Source of the DNA: a virus
Virus record (IMG/VR): IMGVR_UViG_3300028706_000553
Strand: one strand, 5' to 3'
Length of the DNA stretch: 64,000 nucleotides
Shown here piece after piece: positions 49,106 through 59,533 of this stretch. A model generated the notes under the pieces. It had not been told where the DNA came from and did no database searches. It worked only from the letters and a program-made list of their open reading frames with translations. The position numbers and the translations under genes are program-made. The stretch's first letter is position 1; each line of letters begins with the position of its first letter.

Positions 49106-49489
49106 ATGGCATCTATTGTAAATTTATTTGTTGATCAAGGCTCGGATTATACTTTAACATTAACTGTTAAAGATGATGATGGCAACGCAACAGATATAAC
49201 GGGATATACCGTTGAATCCCATTTTCAAAAGTGGACTGGCTCAAACAAAGTATACAAATTTACCCCAACCGTAACAGACGCGACTGCCGGTAAACTACAA
49301 ATAAAATTATTGGGGTCTGTATCTGATGATATTTCACCAGGACGTTATAATTACGATGTTGTTATTAATAATTCAACATATGATATAACTAGACGCGTTA
49401 TCCAAGGTCAAGTAACGTTAAATCCCGCAGCAAGTCCTAAAGGTGCAACTTTATTAGAAACCGGTAATAAATTATTACTTGAAAGTTAG
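49106..49489 (+). CDS. Virion structural protein (Ig-like, tail/baseplate associated)
   Basis: NLFVDQGSDY...DITGYT...GRYNYDV...RVIQGQVTLNP pattern. Confidence 0.65.
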   Translation: MASIVNLFVDQGSDYTLTLTVKDDDGNATDITGYTVESHFQKWTGSNKVYKFTPTVTDATAGKLQIKLLGSVSDDISPGRYNYDVVINNSTYDITRRVIQGQVTLNPAASPKGATLLETGNKLLLES

Positions 49490-49497
49490 GAGTGTGA

Positions 49498-50523
49498 ATG
49501 GCCAATACAATAAATATAGGTGAAGTAACCGCCGTAGTGAATTCCGGTGGCGGAGTTTCGGTACTTGTTGGGGGTTCAAATCAACCAGGTAAATCAGTCA
49601 CTACCCGTATTGCTTCAGATGATACTGTAGTTCATTTAGGTATTGTTGATTTAGAAAATCTAACAGTCAACTTAAAACCTAAGGCTCCGGAACCTGGACA
49701 AAAACCTGCCGGGCTTGGTTCTAATACTCAACCCTTTGGGGATTTATATCTTCAAGGAAATACCTTAACATTATCTACACGATCACTTGGAATAACAGAA
49801 GTAGGCGGAGCAGAATATTTAGATTTTGGTTCTAATACTATTATCGGCGCTACACAAATTACTGGTAATAGATTACTAGCTTTTGCAGATCAATTAAAAA
49901 TATCTCAATTAACTGATGTCACGCTGTCCGGACTTCAAAATGGATATATTTTAAAATGGAATACTAACACAGGTAAATGGCAACCGGGTGACCCCTCAAC
50001 AACTGCTGCAGTTGATCTTTCTGCTAGTGAAATAGGAGATTTATCAGACGTTGCAGCATCAGACTATGCAAATAATTCTGTATGGCAATATAATGCAGGA
50101 TTGGGCGCTTGGAGATCCGTTGATATAGATGTTTTATCATTTACAGACTTTCAAACAGCGGGAACTCTCACTGTTAATACCGAAGTAGTTTATTCAACAA
50201 CAAGAACTATTCAAGGTGTAGCAGGTGAAGTTGTTGCGGATACTTTTAATATAAATACTTACAGAACTGCTAAATATCTAATAACATGTGAAGACTATAC
50301 AGTCGATAATCAAGGATATTGGACGGGTGAAGTAAATTTAGCACATGATGGTACTAGTACAGCATTGACAGTTTATGGTGAAGTAGAGTTAGGTTCAATT
50401 ACAATGAGTCCAACAGTTGCTTCAGATATAACAGCAAATAATGTTCGATTAAAAGTAACTACACAGTCAGATCAACAAGTAGTTACAGTTCATCGCACAG
50501 TATGTACCAAATATACAGCGTAA
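49498..50523 (+). CDS. Virion structural / fibre-associated protein
   Basis: LTDV...LKWN repeats; DTFNINTYRTAKYLI domain. Confidence 0.6.
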   Translation: MANTINIGEVTAVVNSGGGVSVLVGGSNQPGKSVTTRIASDDTVVHLGIVDLENLTVNLKPKAPEPGQKPAGLGSNTQPFGDLYLQGNTLTLSTRSLGITEVGGAEYLDFGSNTIIGATQITGNRLLAFADQLKISQLTDVTLSGLQNGYILKWNTNTGKWQPGDPSTTAAVDLSASEIGDLSDVAASDYANNSVWQYNAGLGAWRSVDIDVLSFTDFQTAGTLTVNTEVVYSTTRTIQGVAGEVVADTFNINTYRTAKYLITCEDYTVDNQGYWTGEVNLAHDGTSTALTVYGEVELGSITMSPTVASDITANNVRLKVTTQSDQQVVTVHRTVCTKYTA

Positions 50524-50544
50524 AACATCTGAGGAATTTAGTCA

Positions 50545-51870
50545 ATGGCACAACAACAGTTTAGAGTAAGAGGTGGTTTAAAATCAGATGCCAATGTAAC
50601 TCTGCTTAATACTCCCACCGCAGGCGCAGTAGCAACTAATGGTAAAATTTTACAAATGGACAATAATTCTAATGTCCATTCTCGCACATTTTCACAAGTA
50701 AAAGCTGATATAGATGCTGGAGAATTAAATGCAGTAGTTGCTGGTAATGGTATTACGGTTACGGCTAAACAAGCCGGAGGCGTTGGTACTGATACACAAA
50801 CTGTAACATTAGGTACTCCAGACACATTAACAGCAGTAACTACAGACGCTGTCACTACATCTTCACATACTCACGCAATAACAACATCTAATGATACAAG
50901 TGGTGCATCAGCCGCAGTAGTCCTAGCAGCTAATACAACCGGTGGTTTAAAAGTAAAGAACTTCGCAGCAGGCGGAGATGCCACATTTTCTGCTAATGTA
51001 ACTATTGATGGTAGTTTATTTGTTGATGGCGCACTCACATATGTTAATGCAACGAATTTAAGTGTTAGTGATCCTTTAATTACTTTATCTGCAAATGGTG
51101 ATTCAGTTGCTCCTACACATGACCAAGGACTTATGGTCAACAGGGGCACCTCAGCAAACGTTGCTTTTATATGGGATGAATCAGAAGATGAATTTGCATT
51201 TATTCAAACCACTTCCGGTGGATTATCAACAGGTAGCATAAATGTTTCAGATTATGTTGATACGAATCAAGGCGCAATAACAGCACAAGATTCTATAACA
51301 GTTGAAGGTACAACAGATTCAACAAGTGGGACATCTGGTTCAATTCAAACTGATGGTGGTATAGGTGTTGCTTTATCACTTTTTGCTAATGTTGTACATG
51401 CAGATGGAACATCAAATTCTACATCTAATACAACAGGACAGTTACTATCATCCGGTGGTTTAGGAGTTGCAAAAGCTGCTGTAATTGGTGGTGATTTAAC
51501 AGTCCATACAGATATCTATCATAAAGATATTTCTAGAACCCTAGTTACTTCCGCTACTATTGCACATAATGGTAATGCTTTTCTGTTTCAGATTCCTATA
51601 GCCACTTATTCTGCTGGCGAAACAATTTTAAAGATGAAAGCAGGCGCTAATGAAACAGCAATTCATAAGTACACATTCTGTGAAAGTGGAAGTGGCGCTG
51701 TGGATAATAACGAATATGCTTCGTTAGGACATGATATAACAACAACTATAACTTTTGAAATGACAGATGGTTCTGGATCGTCCGGATCAACACATATAGG
51801 AATGAAAGTAGCTAATGCAGATGGTGTTTCCATAGTTTGTAAAGCAGAAGCGACCTTCTTTACGGTATAA
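50545..51870 (+). CDS. Tail fibre-like protein
   Basis: NLSVSDPLITL...DQGLMVNRG...WDESEDEF fibre motif; STSNTTGQL..SGGLGVAK repeat also present in the 10643 protein. Confidence 0.65.
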   Translation: MAQQQFRVRGGLKSDANVTLLNTPTAGAVATNGKILQMDNNSNVHSRTFSQVKADIDAGELNAVVAGNGITVTAKQAGGVGTDTQTVTLGTPDTLTAVTTDAVTTSSHTHAITTSNDTSGASAAVVLAANTTGGLKVKNFAAGGDATFSANVTIDGSLFVDGALTYVNATNLSVSDPLITLSANGDSVAPTHDQGLMVNRGTSANVAFIWDESEDEFAFIQTTSGGLSTGSINVSDYVDTNQGAITAQDSITVEGTTDSTSGTSGSIQTDGGIGVALSLFANVVHADGTSNSTSNTTGQLLSSGGLGVAKAAVIGGDLTVHTDIYHKDISRTLVTSATIAHNGNAFLFQIPIATYSAGETILKMKAGANETAIHKYTFCESGSGAVDNNEYASLGHDITTTITFEMTDGSGSSGSTHIGMKVANADGVSIVCKAEATFFTV

Positions 51871-51875
51871 TCAAC

Positions 51876-52085
51876 ATGGCAGTAAAAGTATTTGAAGTCG
51901 CCAACGGAATAAAAATAACAGGTGATACAGAATGCACCGGCGATGTGGATCTTGCATCCTCCAAATCATATAAAATAAATAATACACTCATAGCAAATTC
52001 ATCTCAGTTAGGAACTACGATAAGAACTGAGGTTTTAAACAAAGCGGAGTCAGATGCGCTTGCTTTAGCTATTGCACTTGGATGA
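51876..52085 (+). CDS. Small structural protein ending ALAIALG
   Basis: Conserved C-terminal motif; lies in the fibre module. Confidence 0.55.
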   Translation: MAVKVFEVANGIKITGDTECTGDVDLASSKSYKINNTLIANSSQLGTTIRTEVLNKAESDALALAIALG

Positions 52086-52095
52086 TGGAGATTAA

Positions 52096-52452
52096 ATGGC
52101 AAATACATTTAAAAATGCTTGGGTAGAGGATATAAGTAACAGTTCCGGCAGCCCCACAACAGTTTTAACATGTCCAAGTGGAAATAGTTCAAGGTGTGTT
52201 TTAATTGGTATACATGTAACTAATAAGCATGCTTCAGCCGACATCAAAATATCTGTAGAACTAACAGATAGTAGTGCTTCCACAAATGCAATAATTTTTA
52301 TAAATGACGTTGGCGTTTCCGTTAATTCCACATTAGATATCCTAGATAGCAGCAAGCTCATTTTAGAAGAATCAGATATATTAAAGGTATGGTCAGATAC
52401 TGCCACATCAGTTAATGTTTTTCTTTCATATCTATTAGTAGATAGTACATGA
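52096..52452 (+). CDS. Small structural protein (MANTFKN family)
   Basis: MANTFKNA...KLILEESDILKV pattern, typically paired with the ALAIALG protein. Confidence 0.6.
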   Translation: MANTFKNAWVEDISNSSGSPTTVLTCPSGNSSRCVLIGIHVTNKHASADIKISVELTDSSASTNAIIFINDVGVSVNSTLDILDSSKLILEESDILKVWSDTATSVNVFLSYLLVDST

Positions 52453-53060
52453 GATTTGTAAATTTATCCGCAACCAGTGAAAGGGTAGGTAAAGGCCATC
52501 GCAAACGGCTGATACTTAGAAAAGATGCTGCTGGGCAGTCTGCCGCCTTACCTGTTTTAGCTTTTGGTGATGCAGATACTGGTTTTTTTCAAAGTTCCGA
52601 TGATGTTTTAGAATTAACAACTGCTGGCGTTTCAAGAATGAAGTGGGACGCATCCGGTATAACAACCGTTTCCGGAAATTTAGTTGTTAGTGGTACCACA
52701 ACTACGATCGGTAGTACAACTCTTACAGTAGATGATAAGAATATTGAATTGGGTAGTGTTGCAACCCCATCAGATACAACTGCCGATGGTGGTGGTATTA
52801 CTCTTAAGGGCGCGACCGATAAGACTTTTAACTGGATCAATTCAACTGATGCTTGGACTTCGTCTGAACATATTAATCTTGCTTCTGGTAAAACCTTTCA
52901 GTTGAATGGTACATCTATAACATCAACGGCTGCAGAACTTAATCTCCTAAGCAGCGTCCCTGGTCTTGTTCAAGCAGATTTAACAAAATTGGCAGCAATA
53001 ACTTCATCTGCCGCAGAACTCAATTATACTGATGGTGTAACTTCTGCTATTCAGACTCAG
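52449..53060 (+). repeat. Copy 1 of a ~610-nt duplication (5' part of fibre A)
   Basis: Colinear with 54621-55232 (constant offset 2172), differing by substitutions. Confidence 0.85.
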
Positions 53061-54344
53061 CTTACAGCAAGGCTTCCTCTTACAGGTGGAGCAATGACAG
53101 GTGCTATCACAACCAACAGTACATTTGATGGAGTAGACATAGCCGCGCGGGATGCAGTCTTAACCAGTACAACGACTACAGCAGGTGCGGCATTGCCTAA
53201 AGCTGGTGGAGCAATGACAGGCAATATTACAAGTGCCTCTGATTTATCTTTAGATGTAGAAGGTGATATAACTTTAACTGCACTTTCAGATATTATTCAT
53301 CAGTCAACATCTACAAATTCAACAGCAGGACATCATATCTTTAAATCTTATAACACAGAAATTATGAGGATTGATGGATCGCAGAATAGAGTAGGCATCG
53401 GGGATTCTGCACCTAATGATAAGTTGCAAGTTGCAGGTACAATTACTTCTCAACACAATATAGTTTCTGATGAAGTCTATAACCTATTTTCTGCAAGAAG
53501 TTCTCGAACCAATAATGACTATGGTGGTGTAGATAAGCAGTACATGCAGATGAACCTTGTGACACCGGGTGGCACTAATACTCCAGGGGAGGGTAATGCC
53601 CACGCATATGGTGATTTAAGATTTGCTTTTGTTGATGGTGCAGATACTACATTTCATGATAGAGTTACATTCCGATATAATGGCAACGTAGGCATCCGGA
53701 CAGTGCAGCCGCATGCTGTTCTTGCGATACGAGGCCAAAATGAAAATACTGGCAGTAGCACTCACGGTGCCGAAGAACCTATAACAATGCTCAGAGGTTC
53801 TAATGGGTCTACTGTTCAAGAATGGGTTCATGGCAGTAGAGCAACTGTTAGTCCCTCCCATACCACGATGTATTCATGGTATAAACTTTTTTCACCCGGA
53901 GGATATTCTAGTGCGGGAACCCCCGGAGCGTGGGAAATCCATTGTCATATAGGTGGAGGTCATGCTTCGTCTGGAATGGTTCAAAAGTTTACTCTTTTGC
54001 AATCGAATACTCACAGCGGCGTTGCTGATCATGGGGGCGCAAACTACTCACTTGTCAATAGATATTGTACTATGGGTGCTACAGGTGGTGGGGCATATGG
54101 TGCTGGACTAACTGTAACTTTTTGGTATCTTAGCAGTGGTGCTGGCAACAATGGTGCCACATTTTTCGTTAGGGCTCAGCATTATGCTAGAGAACCCCAG
54201 ATGACTTTTTATGCAAAATATATTGGTGGTACTGGAGCAGGAATTGGGAACCATGAACAGTCTTTCTCGTTCTTAGGAACACAAGACAATAATAATCATC
54301 AACCGTCTAATATTACTAGTATCGGAATCACCACCGTTCATTAA
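52449..54344 (+). CDS. Tail fibre protein A (shared N-terminus, unique C-terminal tip)
   Basis: DKNIELGSVATPSDTTADGGGITLKGATDK; LPLTGGAMTG; RVGIG and GNVGI repeats. Confidence 0.8.
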   Translation: MRFVNLSATSERVGKGHRKRLILRKDAAGQSAALPVLAFGDADTGFFQSSDDVLELTTAGVSRMKWDASGITTVSGNLVVSGTTTTIGSTTLTVDDKNIELGSVATPSDTTADGGGITLKGATDKTFNWINSTDAWTSSEHINLASGKTFQLNGTSITSTAAELNLLSSVPGLVQADLTKLAAITSSAAELNYTDGVTSAIQTQLTARLPLTGGAMTGAITTNSTFDGVDIAARDAVLTSTTTTAGAALPKAGGAMTGNITSASDLSLDVEGDITLTALSDIIHQSTSTNSTAGHHIFKSYNTEIMRIDGSQNRVGIGDSAPNDKLQVAGTITSQHNIVSDEVYNLFSARSSRTNNDYGGVDKQYMQMNLVTPGGTNTPGEGNAHAYGDLRFAFVDGADTTFHDRVTFRYNGNVGIRTVQPHAVLAIRGQNENTGSSTHGAEEPITMLRGSNGSTVQEWVHGSRATVSPSHTTMYSWYKLFSPGGYSSAGTPGAWEIHCHIGGGHASSGMVQKFTLLQSNTHSGVADHGGANYSLVNRYCTMGATGGGAYGAGLTVTFWYLSSGAGNNGATFFVRAQHYAREPQMTFYAKYIGGTGAGIGNHEQSFSFLGTQDNNNHQPSNITSIGITTVH

Positions 54345-54354
54345 GGGCATTCTA

Positions 54355-54624
54355 ATGGAAATTTATATGGAATACAAAAAATCAGATATGTCCATTACTG
54401 GATTTGTGTTTGAAGATAATACACATTATGAAGAAACAGATACACACAATATTTCAACTAACAAGATTGAATGGTTAGAAGAAAAAACAGTAGTTTATTA
54501 TAATATTCAATCATTTGATGATATGACCATGATAAAAACTTATGAGGATGTTATGGATACAATAAATAATACACATCAAGTAAGTGAATTAGGAGTAGTA
54601 AGTTTAATAGAAGATGGCACATGA
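54355..54624 (+). CDS. Small acidic protein after fibre A (possible fibre chaperone)
   Basis: 89 aa; function inferred from position only. Confidence 0.45.
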   Translation: MEIYMEYKKSDMSITGFVFEDNTHYEETDTHNISTNKIEWLEEKTVVYYNIQSFDDMTMIKTYEDVMDTINNTHQVSELGVVSLIEDGT

Positions 54625-55232
54625 GATTTGTAAATTTACAGACAACTAGTGAAAGGGTAGGTAAGGGTCAAGTACGACAACTGCTACTTCGAAGACCTAT
54701 TGCTTCGCAGTCTGCCACCTTACCTGTTTTAGCTTTTGGTGATGCAGATACTGGTTTGTTTCAAAGTGCCGATGATGTTTTAGAATTTTCAACCGCCGGC
54801 GTGTCAAGATTTAAAATAATATCAGATGGAACAGTTGCTGTTGCGGGAAATTTAGTTGTTAATGGTACCACAACCACAGTAAATAGTACTACTCTTACAG
54901 TTGATGATAAGAATATTGAATTAGGGTCCGTTGCAACACCATCTGATACAACCGCTGATGGTGGTGGTATTACCCTCAAAGGTGCAACTGACAAGACCTT
55001 TAACTGGGTCGACTCAACTGATGCTTGGACTTCGTCTGAACACATTAATCTTGCTTCTGGCAAAACCTTTCAGTTGAATGGTACGGCTATAACATCAACG
55101 GCTGCAGAACTCAATCTCCTAAGCAGTGTCTCTGGTCTTGTTCAAGCAGATTTAACAAAATTGGCTGCGGTAGATGCATCCGCGACAGAACTCAATTATA
55201 CTGATGGTGTAACTTCTGCTATTCAAACACAA
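54621..55232 (+). repeat. Copy 2 of the ~610-nt duplication (5' part of fibre B)
   Basis: Matches 52449-53060. Confidence 0.85.
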
Positions 55233-56060
55233 TTGGATGCAAAAGCTCCAATAGCTAGTCCTACGTTTACTGGCAACTTTACCTCAGTTGGTATAGATGA
55301 CAATGCAGATGCAACAGCAATTACTATTGATTCTAGTGAGAACGTAGGCATCGGCACTACGGCTCCATACTGTAAATTAGATGTTCGTGGTGGCGTCGAA
55401 GACCCAACTTTAGACTTTCATAGTACTGGTTATTTCTCGATTGGGGCAAACGTTCAGCTAGCATTTGGGTCTTGGGAGTCAAGTCCGTGGGCAATTTGGA
55501 TGCAGACAAGAAATGCTACTGTGAATGGTTCTTCGTATCCTCTTGCTATAAATCCTTTGGGTGGCAACGTAGGCATCGGTACTGCGGCTCCAGACGCAAA
55601 ATTAACAATAACAAATGCTGGAGCTAACTCTCTGAGATTAAAAACAACAGGGGTACACGGAACTAAACCTTACATCTCATTTGATTCAGGATTAGCTGGT
55701 ACTAATTACGCAGAAAAGGCGAGAATAACTGGTGGGTATGATAGTGCAACAGGTGGTAGTGGTGGATATTTTAATATCGCCACTAAAACTACAGGTGAAT
55801 CCTTAACTACTAGATTTTCTATAGATTCTTCAGGTCATATTACTCCCGGTACTGACAATACACAAAATTTAGGTTCTACAACATTAAGATGGGCAAATTT
55901 TTATGTTGGAGATATGCACTTTTCAAATGAGGGTAAGGAAGGTGGAAACGAAGTTGACGGATCCACTGGTAATTGGACTATCCAAGAGGGTGATGAAAAT
56001 TTATTTGTAATTAATAGGAAAACAGGTAAGAAGTTTAAAATGAATTTAACAGAGGTTTAA
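54621..56060 (+). CDS. Tail fibre protein B
   Basis: Same N-terminal ~204 aa as fibre A; GNVGIGT repeats; C-terminal WTIQEGDENLFVINRKTGKKFK module. Confidence 0.8.
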   Translation: MRFVNLQTTSERVGKGQVRQLLLRRPIASQSATLPVLAFGDADTGLFQSADDVLEFSTAGVSRFKIISDGTVAVAGNLVVNGTTTTVNSTTLTVDDKNIELGSVATPSDTTADGGGITLKGATDKTFNWVDSTDAWTSSEHINLASGKTFQLNGTAITSTAAELNLLSSVSGLVQADLTKLAAVDASATELNYTDGVTSAIQTQLDAKAPIASPTFTGNFTSVGIDDNADATAITIDSSENVGIGTTAPYCKLDVRGGVEDPTLDFHSTGYFSIGANVQLAFGSWESSPWAIWMQTRNATVNGSSYPLAINPLGGNVGIGTAAPDAKLTITNAGANSLRLKTTGVHGTKPYISFDSGLAGTNYAEKARITGGYDSATGGSGGYFNIATKTTGESLTTRFSIDSSGHITPGTDNTQNLGSTTLRWANFYVGDMHFSNEGKEGGNEVDGSTGNWTIQEGDENLFVINRKTGKKFKMNLTEV

Positions 56061-56063
56061 AAA

Positions 56064-56543
56064 ATGCCAATACATGCTGATGTAATTAATTGCAAAAATA
56101 CTTTAAGGGCGCAGGGGCACCAAGTCTGGACTACTGAGGGGGCAACCGCTCCTTATATCCCTTATGGTGGTGGTTATTACACTTCTCTTTTTTATAATGT
56201 TGGTGGTTATGCCGCCATGACCGGCCGGATGTATGTTAATTGCAGTATTTCACAACAACATCAAGGCACGTATGATTTTACATTAAGTAGATATGGAGGT
56301 GGTGTTTCAAATAGGTCATCAGGTGGCATGAACAGTTATATAAGTTGGGACACACCTCTGATCGGCACAAATGAATATATGCGTTGGACAAATACTAATG
56401 GTAGTTCTTGGGGTAATGGGACATTGGATATTACTTGCATTATCTGGGGCGCAGGTGCAGATAGGTTTGTTTCTGGTTATCCTGGAATGGACGATAATTT
56501 CTCATCTTCACAAACGGGGAACTTTTTTGTACGAGCAGCATAA
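56064..56543 (+). CDS. Gly/Ser/Tyr-rich protein, possible fibre tip/adhesin
   Basis: 159 aa between fibre B and the chaperone. Confidence 0.45.
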   Translation: MPIHADVINCKNTLRAQGHQVWTTEGATAPYIPYGGGYYTSLFYNVGGYAAMTGRMYVNCSISQQHQGTYDFTLSRYGGGVSNRSSGGMNSYISWDTPLIGTNEYMRWTNTNGSSWGNGTLDITCIIWGAGADRFVSGYPGMDDNFSSSQTGNFFVRAA

Positions 56544-56846
56544 ATGGAAAAACACGAATTAGACGATGATAGAGAAATTTTATACTGGGTTTCTCCAGGT
56601 GTAGAAGGCACACTACTAGAAAGTGACCGATATGCTTGGTTTGAAGATGAGAAACGACACTATACAAATATATTGAGAAATCAACGGAATGAATTATTAG
56701 CAGAGAGTGATTGGACACAAGCTCCAGACTCACCCTTATCAGAAGATAAAAAAGTGGAATGGCAAACATACAGACAGACACTAAGGGATATTACAATAAC
56801 AAACTGGCAACTAGAAGGTACTGTTTGGCCTCAAATACCTGAATAA
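56544..56846 (+). CDS. Phage tail fibre assembly chaperone
   Basis: LRNQRNELLAESDWTQAPDSPL...WQTYRQTLRDIT...WP motif. Confidence 0.85.
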   Translation: MEKHELDDDREILYWVSPGVEGTLLESDRYAWFEDEKRHYTNILRNQRNELLAESDWTQAPDSPLSEDKKVEWQTYRQTLRDITITNWQLEGTVWPQIPE

Positions 56847-56849
56847 TAT

Positions 56850-58082
56850 ATGAAAATTGTAATCATTGGAGGTGGTAATGCTGGTGTATGGACAGCATTA
56901 CATTATGGACACTGGACACGACACCTTACAGACATTGAAGTAGAATTAATACATGACCCCGAAATTGATTCATTTCCAGTAGGTCAGGGTACGACATTAG
57001 ATGTGGTTGAATTATTGTGGTTAGCATGCGGTACTGATTGGTATCATAATGAAATCCGAGCCACACCAAAATTAGGTATCTTATATGAAAATTTTAGTAA
57101 GGAAAATCCAAATATATATCATACATTTCCTTTCAATTCTATTGCAATGCAAATGGATCCAAAATATTTACAGGGATACATATTAAATTCTGGATTGTTT
57201 AATGTAAAAGAAGAAAATGTTACTGATCTTGATACTGTAGATGCTGATGTTATTTTTGATTGTAGGGGAAATACTAAAAAGGATGATATTGAATATGTAC
57301 CATTATACAGTCCAGTAAATTCGGTTTTATTAGCATTAGGTCCGAGCCCAACTGATCCTCAACTATGGAGTAGGCATGTAGCAACACCTGATGGTTGGAC
57401 ATTTGTAATTCCAAACACTACAGATACTATTTCTTATGGTTATGTTTATAATGCAGATATCACTCCTCTGGAAACTGCCAAGACTAATTTTAGGGAACTT
57501 TTCCCGGAAGCTTCAGAATCTTACAGTAAACATTTTGACCACAAACAGGAAGTGGTTAATTTACCATTTGAATCATATATAGCAAACGAACCTGTACGAA
57601 TAGACTCTAATGGAAGAAAAATAATATTAAATGGTAATAGATTATCATTTCTTGAACCGATGGAATCTACTGCAATAGGATTTTATCTGGAAGTGGCTAT
57701 AAAAACTTTTGATTGGGTTATTAATAGAGACCCCTTTTTATCCCCGAAAGCAGGGTTAGAGATGAAGGTTTTTCACTCTAAAGAAGTAATAACCAATATC
57801 CATAAAGAATTTCATGAAATACAAAAATTTATTTTATGGCACTATACAAAAGGATCCGTATATGATACACCATTTTGGAAGGCTGCCCAAACAAAAACAA
57901 CTACTGTATTTGAACAACCAGATGAAAGATTTCAAGAGATAGTTAATTTAGCAAAATCGATTGATAGTACGGATTGCCGTGCTTTACCAACTCCCGCGGG
58001 CGGCCCTCCTGTAACATACGGTCAATGGCCTCCATTATCAATTAAAACATGGTATGACAAGTACATACAGAGCCCTGAATAA
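56850..58082 (+). CDS. Flavin-dependent (tryptophan) halogenase-like protein
   Basis: IIGGGNAG FAD motif, ATPKLGI (catalytic-Lys motif), GWTFVIP (WxWxIP variant), FLEPMESTAI. Confidence 0.82.
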   Translation: MKIVIIGGGNAGVWTALHYGHWTRHLTDIEVELIHDPEIDSFPVGQGTTLDVVELLWLACGTDWYHNEIRATPKLGILYENFSKENPNIYHTFPFNSIAMQMDPKYLQGYILNSGLFNVKEENVTDLDTVDADVIFDCRGNTKKDDIEYVPLYSPVNSVLLALGPSPTDPQLWSRHVATPDGWTFVIPNTTDTISYGYVYNADITPLETAKTNFRELFPEASESYSKHFDHKQEVVNLPFESYIANEPVRIDSNGRKIILNGNRLSFLEPMESTAIGFYLEVAIKTFDWVINRDPFLSPKAGLEMKVFHSKEVITNIHKEFHEIQKFILWHYTKGSVYDTPFWKAAQTKTTTVFEQPDERFQEIVNLAKSIDSTDCRALPTPAGGPPVTYGQWPPLSIKTWYDKYIQSPE

Positions 58083-58093
58083 TATAAAATATA

Positions 58094-59533
58094 ATGTGTG
58101 GTTTTTTTGGTATAAGTGATCGTTCATTAGTTAAAACAGATTTTCAAGATATAAATGAAAGAGGCGAAGATAATTTCACTTTCATTGAAAATAACGTTTT
58201 AATACATCAAAGTGTTTTATCTGTTACCGGCATTTTCCCAGGCCAGCATGTATTTGATGCAGGACATTTTCACTTTACCTTTACGGGAGAGATTTATAAT
58301 GCACCTACAAAAGGCTATTCAAATGATACAGAGTGGTTAGCAGAGAAGATTGCAAGAGAAGATTATAATTTTGATGATGTAAACGGCCAGTATGCTATTT
58401 CAGTGTATGATAAGAAAAAACAAACAATAACCTTGATTAGAGATCCAGTTGGTCAAGTTCCTTTATTTTATTATAATCATAATTGTCTTATCTATAGCAA
58501 TACTATAAAGTCAATTGCTACTACTATTGGTGCTAAATTAGATAAAACTTTTATTAAAAAATGGCATCAGCTAAGACATTATACATTAGACAATACACAT
58601 TATAAGAAAATTAAATTATTTCCTAAGGGGTTGATAATAACTTATAACATGCGTGGTAGAGCTCTTAAATCGCGCGTTATTAGACCTAAAAGAATAAACG
58701 ATGGCAATGTATACAGTTTATTAAAGAATATGCAACCCGCATATTCGAGTCATCGAGCTAATTGTGGAATAGTTTCAGGTGGAGTAGATAGTTCTGTTGT
58801 ATCAGCTCTTTTTAAAGATAACTTAGATTGTTATGTAACGACTATTAATGAAGATAAGTGTTGGGCTTCAGCAGATATTAAAAAATATGGATTTCCAACT
58901 TCCTTAGTAGAAGTTAAAAATGATGAAAAACAATGGTGTGAAGCGGCTATAGAATATATTCAAAAATCTTATATGATTCCATATACCTGGAGTTATGTTG
59001 GTTATTATATAATGGGTAAATCAATGAGTCCACGTGTAAAAGTAATGCTGACCGGTGAAGGAGCAGATGAAATTTTCGGTGGGTATGATGTATATAATAC
59101 TAATAAACTTTCAAAGTATTCACTAAGAAAAGATGGAAATGGTTTGAATGATAAATACAAACAGCAGGTATCAAAACAAGTCTCAAAATTTAATAATGTA
59201 GCACAAGCAAATAAGTATTTGGATCAACGATCCTTTCTCCCCTGTGCGGCAATTGGCGCTAATTTAGCATTAGGAATGAGTTGCATAGAGTCACGAAACC
59301 CCTTTTTGGATCATTCTATATTCTACAATGATGCCTTTGTAGAAGATATAGGAAAACAACGATTAATAAAAATATTCAAAGATGTCTTCAATTTTGACCC
59401 ACCAAAGAAACAAGGTTTTTCAGGGTATATGAATGAATTGTATAATTATGTCAATAATACTGAAATAACAAATGACCCTAAAGATATAAGTCTTTGGAAA
59501 AATGCTTGTTATCAAATTATGGAGAATGTATGA
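58094..59533 (+). CDS. Asparagine synthetase B-like amidotransferase
   Basis: N-terminal MCG, FTGEIYN, RDPVG, SGGVDSS, LTGEGADEIFGGY, ESRNPFLD. Confidence 0.88.
   Translation: MCGFFGISDRSLVKTDFQDINERGEDNFTFIENNVLIHQSVLSVTGIFPGQHVFDAGHFHFTFTGEIYNAPTKGYSNDTEWLAEKIAREDYNFDDVNGQYAISVYDKKKQTITLIRDPVGQVPLFYYNHNCLIYSNTIKSIATTIGAKLDKTFIKKWHQLRHYTLDNTHYKKIKLFPKGLIITYNMRGRALKSRVIRPKRINDGNVYSLLKNMQPAYSSHRANCGIVSGGVDSSVVSALFKDNLDCYVTTINEDKCWASADIKKYGFPTSLVEVKNDEKQWCEAAIEYIQKSYMIPYTWSYVGYYIMGKSMSPRVKVMLTGEGADEIFGGYDVYNTNKLSKYSLRKDGNGLNDKYKQQVSKQVSKFNNVAQANKYLDQRSFLPCAAIGANLALGMSCIESRNPFLDHSIFYNDAFVEDIGKQRLIKIFKDVFNFDPPKKQGFSGYMNELYNYVNNTEITNDPKDISLWKNACYQIMENV

Noticed and set aside
52449-55232. Fibre duplication as a diversity-generating retroelement TR/VR pair
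   Set aside because: It is N-terminal and fully coding in both copies, differences are not restricted to adenines, and no reverse transcriptase is in the window.
58094-59533. AsnB-like gene as a lasso-peptide cyclase
   Set aside because: It retains the N-terminal Cys glutaminase domain, and no B1/B2 peptidase or precursor peptide is recognisable nearby.
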